Shown piece after piece: positions 17,789-24,510 of a stretch of 24,510 nucleotides of DNA. Positions within the stretch are counted from its first letter, which is position 1. The number at the start of each line of letters is the position of its first letter. A model generated the notes under the pieces. That model did no database searches and was not told the origin of the DNA. It saw only the letters and a list, made by a program, of their open reading frames with translations. The position numbers and the translations under genes are program-made. Origin of the DNA: a virus; the UHGV virus genome UHGV-0063983. One strand, given 5' to 3'.

Positions 17789-18004
17789 ATGACGCTTGAG
17801 CGAATCAGCGCCTTTATCACGTATTGCATCGCCGTCGTGCTGGCCTGGCTGGGCGATTTGTCCATCAAGGATGCCTCAACGCTGGGCGGCCTGATGATTG
17901 GTGTACTGATGCTGGCTATCAACTGGTACTACAAACACAAAGCCTACCAGCTTCTGCGCGACGGGCAGATCTCGCGGGAGGACTATGAATCCATCAATCG
18001 TTAA
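17789..18004 (+). CDS. Holin
   Basis: 71 aa with two hydrophobic transmembrane stretches and a charged C-terminus, immediately upstream of the endolysin. Confidence 0.7.
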   Translation: MTLERISAFITYCIAVVLAWLGDLSIKDASTLGGLMIGVLMLAINWYYKHKAYQLLRDGQISREDYESINR

Positions 18005-18497
18005 ACGCTGCCTTGTCGGGGCCGTGCTGGCTATTGCTGCCACGCTGCCGGGTTTTCAGCAGCTTCACACCTCCGTGGAGGGGCTGAAACTGATTGCTGA
18101 TTACGAAGGCTGTCGTCTGCAGCCGTATCAGTGCAGCGCGGGTGTCTGGACCGACGGCATTGGTAATACGTCGGGCGTCATTCCCGGCAAAACCATTACG
18201 GAGCGACAGGCAGCAGAAGGGCTGATCTCCAACGTGCTGCGTGTGGAGCGGGCGCTGGAAAGGTGTGTGAAGCAACAGCCGCCGCAGAAGGTGTATGACG
18301 CTGCGGTGTCGTTTGCCTTCAACGTGGGAACGGGCAATGCCTGCAGTTCCACACTGGTGAAATTACTCAATCAGCGGCGCTGGGCGGATGCGTGCCGACA
18401 GTTGCCGCGCTGGGTTTATGTGAAAGGTGTTTTTAATCAGGGGCTGGATAACCGCCGTGCGCGGGAGATGGCCTGGTGCTTACAGGGAGCAAACTGA
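17985..18497 (+). CDS. K: Endolysin (lambda-R-like lysozyme, P2 gpK position) with N-terminal signal-anchor-release-like hydrophobic segment
   Basis: EGLKLIADYEGCRLQPYQCSAGVWTDGIGNT matches the glycoside hydrolase family 24 lysozyme catalytic region; hydrophobic N-terminus (LVGAVLAIAATLPG); GGGAGGA ribosome-binding site. Confidence 0.8.
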   Translation: MNPSIVKRCLVGAVLAIAATLPGFQQLHTSVEGLKLIADYEGCRLQPYQCSAGVWTDGIGNTSGVIPGKTITERQAAEGLISNVLRVERALERCVKQQPPQKVYDAAVSFAFNVGTGNACSSTLVKLLNQRRWADACRQLPRWVYVKGVFNQGLDNRRAREMAWCLQGAN

Positions 18498-18498
18498 A

Positions 18499-18876
18499 AT
18501 GAAAAAGAAAGTAATCAGCGGGCTGTTTCTGATGTTATGGATGGCGCTGTTGAACGCAGCAATGGTGTATCCGCAGGGGATTTTTCCGGTACTGGCAGCG
18601 TCCGGTGTCTGGGTAGCCTGTCTGCTGACATGGGCGGTAATTCCGGTAGCACTGGCTGCGTTAATTAAGAACGGCCCGCTCTGGCAGGAGTTGAGGGCAT
18701 CTTTGCTAAAGACCATTACCCGAAAAGAAAACGTATTTATCAGCTGGGTGATGCGATTGCTGATTGTCGTAAGTTTCGCCTGGACGGGGTGGGCTATTAC
18801 CCTGGTCTTTTATCTGCTGACCGTTATTGCCTTCTGGATGATCCGTAATCAGATTGCGCAACAGGTAGCAGCATGA
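18499..18876 (+). CDS. lysA: LysA-like membrane protein (lysis timing)
   Basis: 125 aa with several transmembrane segments, between the endolysin and lysB as in P2; ATG at 18499 preceded by GGGAGC. Confidence 0.65.
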   Translation: MKKKVISGLFLMLWMALLNAAMVYPQGIFPVLAASGVWVACLLTWAVIPVALAALIKNGPLWQELRASLLKTITRKENVFISWVMRLLIVVSFAWTGWAITLVFYLLTVIAFWMIRNQIAQQVAA

Positions 18877-19301
18877 ACCGGTTGCTGATGGTTGTGCTGG
18901 CGTTATTACTGGCGGCGCTGGGCTGGCAGACGTGGCGGCTGGCTGATGCCAGCCAGATCATCAGCACGCAGGCAGACGAGCTTCGGAGCAAAAGCCAGGC
19001 ACTGGCAAAGAGCAACAGCCAGCTTATCAGCCTGTCCATTCTGACTGAAACCAATAACCGGGAGCAGGCGCGGCTCTATGCCGAAGCAGAACAGACCAGT
19101 GTACTGCTGAGACAACGACAACACCGGATTGAGGAACTGAAACGTGAGAACGAGGATTTACGCCGCTGGGCTGATACTCCTTTGCCTGCTGACATTATCC
19201 GGCTGCGGGAACGCCCCACACTCACCGGAGGTGCAGCTTACCGTCAGTGGTTGTCCGCGAGTGACGCCGTGTCGGCTGGATCAGGCAGCGCCGCGCACTA
19301 A
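18873..19301 (+). CDS. lysB: LysB (Rz-like inner-membrane spanin)
   Basis: 142 aa with N-terminal transmembrane segment and coiled-coil periplasmic domain. Confidence 0.75.
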   Translation: MNRLLMVVLALLLAALGWQTWRLADASQIISTQADELRSKSQALAKSNSQLISLSILTETNNREQARLYAEAEQTSVLLRQRQHRIEELKRENEDLRRWADTPLPADIIRLRERPTLTGGAAYRQWLSASDAVSAGSGSAAH

Positions 19302-19434
19302 CGGTGATCTGAACGCGTTGCTGGATGAAACGGAGGCCGCCTGGGCGGTCTGTGCAGACAAAGTGGACATGATTATTGCGTGTCAGGAGCGAAACAGTGA
19401 ACAAACCACAATCCCTGCGCCACGCCCTCAATAA
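19144..19434 (+). CDS. lysC: LysC (Rz1-like outer-membrane lipoprotein spanin), start embedded in lysB in another frame
   Basis: Signal peptide with lipobox (LTLSGC), about 96 aa; the start overlaps the 3' end of lysB in a different frame, as in P2. Confidence 0.65.
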   Translation: MRTRIYAAGLILLCLLTLSGCGNAPHSPEVQLTVSGCPRVTPCRLDQAAPRTNGDLNALLDETEAAWAVCADKVDMIIACQERNSEQTTIPAPRPQ

Positions 19435-19828
19435 AGCGGTGCCTTATGTCCGCAATAACCCGGACAAACTGCATCTGTTTGTGGATAACGGTTCGCTGGT
19501 TGCCACGGGGGCCGGCTCCATGTCATGGGAGTACCGTTACACCCTGAACGCGGTGATTGAGGATTTCAGCGGCGACCAGAATCTGCTGATGGCCCCGGTT
19601 TTGCTGTGGCTGAGGGATAACCAGCCCGATGCCATCAATAATCCGGCGTTACGGGAAAAACTATTCACCTTTGAGGTGGATATTCTGCGCAACGATGTCT
19701 GTGATATCAGCCTTAACCTGCAACTGACGGAGCGTGTGCTGGTCAGCACTGACGGCAGTGTGTCGAGCGTTGAAGCTGTAGCAGAACCCGATGAACCTGA
19801 AGAAATGTGGACGGTGAAACGTGGCTGA
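19397..19828 (+). CDS. R: Tail completion protein (P2 gpR)
   Basis: GTG start at 19397 preceded by AGGAG; the N-terminus VNKPQSLRHAL...NPDKLHLFVDNGS parallels what I recall of P2 gpR. Confidence 0.7.
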   Translation: MNKPQSLRHALNKAVPYVRNNPDKLHLFVDNGSLVATGAGSMSWEYRYTLNAVIEDFSGDQNLLMAPVLLWLRDNQPDAINNPALREKLFTFEVDILRNDVCDISLNLQLTERVLVSTDGSVSSVEAVAEPDEPEEMWTVKRG

Positions 19829-20267
19829 ACTGCAGAAGGTGGACGACTGGCTGAGTGCTTTGCTGGCGAATCTGGAGCCAGCCGCCAGAAGCCGCATGAT
19901 GCGCCAGCTGGCGCAGGAACTGCGCCGGGCACAGCAGCAGAACATCAGGATGCAACGCAATCCTGATGGCAGCAGCTATGAACCGAGGCGAGTAACAGCA
20001 CGCAGTAAAAAAGGCCGCATCAAACAGCAGATGTTTACAAAACTTCGCACCAAAAAATACCTGAAAACCGCCGCCAGCACGGATTCTGCCAGCGTGCAGT
20101 TTGAAGGTAAGGTGCAGCGTATTGCCCGCGTTCACCATTACGGCCTGCGTGATCGCGTCAGTCGCAAAGGACCTGAGGTCCGTTACGCAGAGCGTCGTCT
20201 TCTGGGCGTAAATGATGATGTTGAGGCAATGACCCGCGACATGATTCTGCAATGGCTGGCGGGGTGA
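19821..20267 (+). CDS. S: Tail completion / virion morphogenesis protein (P2 gpS)
   Basis: 148 aa, GTG start overlapping the R stop; position matches gpS. Confidence 0.7.
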   Translation: MAELQKVDDWLSALLANLEPAARSRMMRQLAQELRRAQQQNIRMQRNPDGSSYEPRRVTARSKKGRIKQQMFTKLRTKKYLKTAASTDSASVQFEGKVQRIARVHHYGLRDRVSRKGPEVRYAERRLLGVNDDVEAMTRDMILQWLAG

Positions 20268-20271
20268 TCTT

Positions 20272-20289
20272 TGTATCAGCACTGATACA
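20272..20289. promoter_or_regulatory. Late-promoter activator site (TGT-N12-ACA) upstream of V
   Basis: TGTatcagcactgatACA, nearly palindromic, in the S/V intergenic gap where P2 has its V late promoter. Confidence 0.5.
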
Positions 20290-20335
20290 AGTTGCAGCAC
20301 TGCCGCCTTTCTTCCCCTGATGGCAACCTTTCCCT

Positions 20336-20914
20336 ATGAACGCACAATTAACCGAAATCATGCGCCTTATCACTAACCTGATCCGCACTGGGGTAGTCAC
20401 CGAAGTGGACCGGGAAAACTGGCTTTGTCGGGTGAAAACGGGCGACCTTGAAACCAACTGGATTAACTGGCTGACGCTGCGCGCGGGTAATGCCCGTACA
20501 TGGTGGAAACCATCGGAAGGTGAGCAGGTGGTGCTGCTGAGTCTGGGCGGCAATCTGGAGACCGCCTTTGCGCTGCCCGCTGTCTATTCGAATCAGTTCG
20601 CACCACCGTCGACGTCGGCGGACGCCTGCGTGACAGAACATCCTGACGGTGGCTGGTTTGAATACGAACCCGCCACCGGGCGCTGGTATGTCAGGGGCAT
20701 CAAATCAATGGTCATTGAGGCCGCTGACAACATCACCCTGAAAACCAGTGAGTTTGTACTGGAGGCTGACCGCACGCGCATTAACAGCGAAGTGGTGATC
20801 AATGGTGGCGTTACCCAGGGCGGCGGAGCGATGAGTTCTAACGGGATCGTGGTTGATGCGCATCAGCATACTGGCGTCCTGAAAGGCGGCGATACAACCG
20901 GAGGTCCGGTATGA
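20336..20914 (+). CDS. V: Baseplate spike protein (P2 gpV)
   Basis: 192 aa; the N-terminus MNAQLTEIMRLITNLIRTGVV...WLTLRAGNARTWWKPSEGEQVVLL resembles P2 gpV. Confidence 0.85.
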   Translation: MNAQLTEIMRLITNLIRTGVVTEVDRENWLCRVKTGDLETNWINWLTLRAGNARTWWKPSEGEQVVLLSLGGNLETAFALPAVYSNQFAPPSTSADACVTEHPDGGWFEYEPATGRWYVRGIKSMVIEAADNITLKTSEFVLEADRTRINSEVVINGGVTQGGGAMSSNGIVVDAHQHTGVLKGGDTTGGPV

Positions 20915-21270
20915 CGCTTTATAGCGGGATGAACAATACCAGCGGCAAAGCCATTACTGATATTGACCATCTGCGCCAGTCGGTGCGGGACATTCTGCTG
21001 ACGCCGCAGGGTAGCCGCATTGCTCGCCGTGAATATGGTTCCCTGCTGTCGGCACTGATAGACCAGCCACAAAATCCGGCGTTACGCCTGCAGGTCATGT
21101 CGGCAGTGTATGTGGCGCTGAGTCGCTGGGAGCCACGGCTGACGCTGGATTCCATCACCATTAACAGCAATTTTGACGGTTCAATGGTGGTGGGACTGAC
21201 TGGGCGGCGTAATAACGGTGTGCCTGTTTCCCTTTCCGTATCAACAGGAGCAGAGAATGGCAGTGATTGA
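20911..21270 (+). CDS. W: Baseplate wedge protein (P2 gpW, gp25-like)
   Basis: 119 aa, overlapping the V stop. Confidence 0.8.
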   Translation: MTLYSGMNNTSGKAITDIDHLRQSVRDILLTPQGSRIARREYGSLLSALIDQPQNPALRLQVMSAVYVALSRWEPRLTLDSITINSNFDGSMVVGLTGRRNNGVPVSLSVSTGAENGSD

Positions 21271-22165
21271 CCTTTCGCAGTTGCCTGCGCCGCAGATTGT
21301 CGATGTGCCGGACTTTGAGACGTTGCTTGCCGAACGCAAGGCCGAATTTGTTGCGCTTCATCCGAAAGATGAGCAGGAAGCCGTGATCCGCACGCTGGAA
21401 CTGGAATCTGAACCCGTCACCAAATTGCTGCAGGAGAACGCTTACCGTGAGTTGCTTCTGCGCCAGCGCATTAACGAAGCCGCGCAGGCGGTGATGGTGG
21501 CTTACGCGATGGGCGGCGATCTTGACCAGCTCGCTGCCAACTACAACGTGAAACGCCTGACGGTGACGCCTGCTGATAATGACGCTGTGCCACCCGTTGC
21601 GGCTGTGATGGAAAGCGATGAAGCGTTACGCCTGCGTGTGCCCGCAGCCTTTGAAGGGCTTTCAGTTGCGGGGCCAACTGCAGCTTATGAATTTCATGCC
21701 CGAAGCGCCGACGGTCGGGTGGCGGATGCCAGTGCAACCAGCCCGGCACCTGCAGAGGTGGTGCTGACTGTCCTTAGCCGCGAAGGCGATGGAACTGCAG
21801 AAAAAGACCTGCTGGACGTGGTGGAAAAAGCTCTGAACAGTGAGAACGTCCGCCCGGTGGCTGACCGTCTTACGGTTCGCAGCGCAGAAATCATCCCGTA
21901 TCGCGTGGAAGCCACCATTTTTCTCTATCCGGGACCGGAAGCAGAGCCGGTAATGGCAGCGGCAAAAGCCAGCCTGCAGAAGTACATCGCCAGTCAGACA
22001 CGTCTTGGTCGGGATATTCGCCGTAGCGCCATCTTTGCCGCCCTGCATGTTGAGGGTGTGCAGCGTGTGGAGCTGGCTTCTCCTCTGGCGGATGTGGTCC
22101 TGAACAAAACACAGGCGGCATCATGTACGCAGTGGAGCGTAACCAACGGAGGAACGGATGAATAG
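21257..22165 (+). CDS. J: Baseplate protein (P2 gpJ)
   Basis: ATG at 21257 preceded by AGGAG; about 302 aa, between W and I. Confidence 0.8.
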   Translation: MAVIDLSQLPAPQIVDVPDFETLLAERKAEFVALHPKDEQEAVIRTLELESEPVTKLLQENAYRELLLRQRINEAAQAVMVAYAMGGDLDQLAANYNVKRLTVTPADNDAVPPVAAVMESDEALRLRVPAAFEGLSVAGPTAAYEFHARSADGRVADASATSPAPAEVVLTVLSREGDGTAEKDLLDVVEKALNSENVRPVADRLTVRSAEIIPYRVEATIFLYPGPEAEPVMAAAKASLQKYIASQTRLGRDIRRSAIFAALHVEGVQRVELASPLADVVLNKTQAASCTQWSVTNGGTDE

Positions 22166-22763
22166 TCTGCTGCCGCCGGGTTCAACACCACTGGAGCGCC
22201 GACTGGCGCAAACCTGCAGCGGGATTTCTGATCTGCAGGTGCCGCTTCGTGACTTGTGGAATCCGGCAACCTGTCCGGTCAGTTTCCTGCCTTATCTCGC
22301 CTGGGCGTTCTCTGTGGATCGCTGGGACGAGGGCTGGACAGAAAGCGTCAAGCGCCAGGTGGTGAAGGATGCTTTTTATATTCATCAGCATAAAGGGACC
22401 ACCAGTGCCGTGCGGCGGGTGGTGGAGCCGTTCGGCTTTCTGATCCGCATTATTGAGTGGTGGCAGACCGGAGAGGCACCGGGCACGTTTCGCCTGGATA
22501 TCGGCGTGCAGGACCAGGGCATCACTGAAGATACCTATCTGGAACTTGAGCGACTGATAAGCGATGCCAAACCATGTAGCCGCCACATGATCGGCATGTC
22601 CATCAATCTGCAGACCAGCGGCCCGCATTGGGTGGGAGCCGCCAGCTATCTTGGCGAAGAAATCACGATCTATCCGTATATCAACGAAACGATTATTTCC
22701 GGTGGCACCGCGCATGAAGGCGGGGCGGTCCATGTTATTGACACAATGAGAGTGAATCCATGA
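22158..22763 (+). CDS. I: Baseplate/tail protein (P2 gpI)
   Basis: 201 aa, overlapping J and H. Confidence 0.8.
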   Translation: MNSLLPPGSTPLERRLAQTCSGISDLQVPLRDLWNPATCPVSFLPYLAWAFSVDRWDEGWTESVKRQVVKDAFYIHQHKGTTSAVRRVVEPFGFLIRIIEWWQTGEAPGTFRLDIGVQDQGITEDTYLELERLISDAKPCSRHMIGMSINLQTSGPHWVGAASYLGEEITIYPYINETIISGGTAHEGGAVHVIDTMRVNP

Positions 22764-24286
22764 GCACAAAATTTTATACCCTGCTGACGGATATTGGCGC
22801 GGCGAAACTTGCCAGCGCCGCCGCGCTCGGTGTGCCGCTAAAAATTACCCATATGGCGGTGGGCGATGGCGGCGGAGTATTGCCAACGCCGGACGCAAAG
22901 CAGACGGCACTGGTAAATGAGAAACGCCGGGCTGCGCTGAATATGCTTTATATCGACCCGCAGAACAGCAGCCAGATTATTGCTGAACAGGTGATCCCTG
23001 AAAACGAGGGCGGTTGGTGGATACGTGAAGTGGGCCTGTTTGATGAGTCCGGGGCATTGATTGCCGTGGGAAACTGCCCGGAAAGCTATAAGCCGCAACT
23101 GGCTGAAGGCAGCGGGCGTACCCAGACCGTGCGCATGGTGCTGATTACCAGCAGCACGGACAATATCACCCTGAAAATCGACCCTGCTGTAGTGCTGGCA
23201 ACCCGTAAATACGTGGATGATAAAGTCCTGGAATTAAAGCTGTATGTGGATGACCAGATGAGAAACCACATTGCCGCACAAGATCCTCATACCCAGTATG
23301 CGCAGAAACATAATCCGACATTTACCGGAGAACCAAAAGCGCCGACGCCTGCAGCAGGAAATAACACCACTCGGATTGCGACCACAGAGTTTGTTCAGGC
23401 CGCTATTACTGCTCTGATTAACGGTGCGCCAGCCACGCTGGACACACTGAAAGAAATTGCCGCAGCCATTAACAATGACCCGAAATTCAGTACCACTATT
23501 AATAATGCGCTGGCACTGAAAGCGCCGCTGTCGAGTCCGGCACTCACCGGAACGCCAACAGCACCTACTGCGGCACAGTCGGTCAACAATACACAGATTG
23601 CCACCACGGCATTTGTGAAATCGGCGATTGCGGCAATGGTGGGTTCTGCACCTGCGGCACTGGATACACTGAACGAACTGGCGGCGGCACTGGGGAATGA
23701 TCCGAACTTTGCCACGACAATGCTTAATGCGCTGGCAGGTAAACAACCGCTGGACAATACGCTGACTCATTTGAGTGGAAAGGATGTAGCAGGTCTTCTC
23801 GCATACCTTGGTTTGGGAGAAGGTTCGGCATTACCCGTTGGCGTGCCTGTTCCGTGGCCTTCAGCCACTCCGCCAACAGGCTGGCTGAAATGCAATGGTG
23901 CACCTTTTTCTGCCGAAGAGTATCCGGAACTGGCAAAAGTTTATCCGACAAATAAATTGCCAGATTTACGTGGTGAGTTTATTCGTGGCTGGGATGACGG
24001 GCGTGGGGTCGATTCAGGGCGAGCGCTGCTGTCCGCACAAGGTGATGCTATAAGGGACATATCAGGGAAGCTCTTGGGACTTATGACCACTGCGGGAAGC
24101 CAGAGGACAGCAGACGAGTGGGTAACAGGGCCATTTAATGCTGTATACGAAGGCGGCGCTGGTCAAACAACCTCATCGCCCGGTAATAGGTATGACGTAG
24201 GTTTTTCCGCCGCCAGAGTTGTACCAACTGCGGAAGAAAACCGACCACGTAACATTGCATTTAACTACATTGTAAGGGCATCATGA
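22760..24286 (+). CDS. H: Tail fiber protein (P2 gpH) with tandem fibre repeats and C-terminal tail-collar-like domain
   Basis: 508 aa. Conserved N-terminus (MSTKFYTLLTDIGAAKLA...), two internal repeats, and a C-terminal region (VPWPSATPPTGWLKCNGAPFSAEEYPELAKVYP) typical of tail-collar receptor-binding domains. Confidence 0.85.
   Translation: MSTKFYTLLTDIGAAKLASAAALGVPLKITHMAVGDGGGVLPTPDAKQTALVNEKRRAALNMLYIDPQNSSQIIAEQVIPENEGGWWIREVGLFDESGALIAVGNCPESYKPQLAEGSGRTQTVRMVLITSSTDNITLKIDPAVVLATRKYVDDKVLELKLYVDDQMRNHIAAQDPHTQYAQKHNPTFTGEPKAPTPAAGNNTTRIATTEFVQAAITALINGAPATLDTLKEIAAAINNDPKFSTTINNALALKAPLSSPALTGTPTAPTAAQSVNNTQIATTAFVKSAIAAMVGSAPAALDTLNELAAALGNDPNFATTMLNALAGKQPLDNTLTHLSGKDVAGLLAYLGLGEGSALPVGVPVPWPSATPPTGWLKCNGAPFSAEEYPELAKVYPTNKLPDLRGEFIRGWDDGRGVDSGRALLSAQGDAIRDISGKLLGLMTTAGSQRTADEWVTGPFNAVYEGGAGQTTSSPGNRYDVGFSAARVVPTAEENRPRNIAFNYIVRAS
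23318..23752 (+). repeat. Tandem duplication of a roughly 70-aa tail-fibre repeat unit inside H
   Basis: Unit 1 (...NTTRIATTEFVQAAITALINGAPATLDTLKEIAAAINNDPKFSTTINNALALKAPL) and unit 2 (...NNTQIATTAFVKSAIAAMVGSAPAALDTLNELAAALGNDPNFATTMLNALAGKQPL) align residue for residue. Confidence 0.7.
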
Positions 24287-24510
24287 TGACCACAAAAAAA
24301 ATCACTTTGGATGAAAACGGATTTGCCACGGAAGCTGGCTTTATTACCGTTTACAACTACAACGGAGAAACGCGGGAATATATTTCTACATCAACTGAAT
24401 ATCTCGCTGTCGGCGTCGGTATTCCGGCGTATTCCTGTTTAGATGCTCCTGGTACATATAAGGCTGGTTATACTATCTGCCGTTCAGCAGATTTAAAATC
24501 ATGGGAATAT
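24283..24510 (+). CDS. G: Tail fiber assembly chaperone (P2 gpG), 5' partial (truncated by window end)
   Basis: ATG overlaps the H stop; the N-terminus MMTTKKITLDENGFATEAGFITVYNY is typical of tail-fibre assembly proteins; the ORF runs off the window. Confidence 0.7.
   Translation, partial: MMTTKKITLDENGFATEAGFITVYNYNGETREYISTSTEYLAVGVGIPAYSCLDAPGTYKAGYTICRSADLKSWEY

Noticed and set aside
1-24510. CRISPR arrays or insertion sequence elements
   Set aside because: No regularly spaced direct repeats and no transposase-like ORFs or terminal inverted repeats seen anywhere in the window.

Overview
This window is the left ~24 kb of a P2-family prophage with a 186-type immunity region, integrated next to a host TetR-family regulator gene that looks like E. 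coli rcdA/ybjK. Gene order runs: host rcdA, prophage end, int, a small secreted cargo protein, cI, apl, cII, small early genes, a TraR-like zinc-finger gene, dam, replication gene A, an AT-rich accessory hotspot, a cos-like site, then portal Q, terminase P, capsid genes O-N-M-L, X, the lysis cassette, and tail/baseplate genes R-S-V-W-J-I-H-G (G is cut by the window end). All assignments come from reading the six-frame translations, start-codon and ribosome-binding-site context, and gene order; no database search was run. The main candidate for an undescribed system is a translationally coupled two-gene operon (8952-10555, 171 aa and 363 aa) with no motif I recognise, sitting in the A-to-Q slot where P2-like phages carry anti-phage cargo. 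Two further candidates are a zinc-ribbon plus DUF4145-like protein (10810-11508) between cos and Q, and a small secreted cysteine-containing protein co-transcribed with cI. Just upstream of the operon is a decayed SOS module: a canonical LexA box, a small ORF and a DinI-like gene broken by two in-frame stops.
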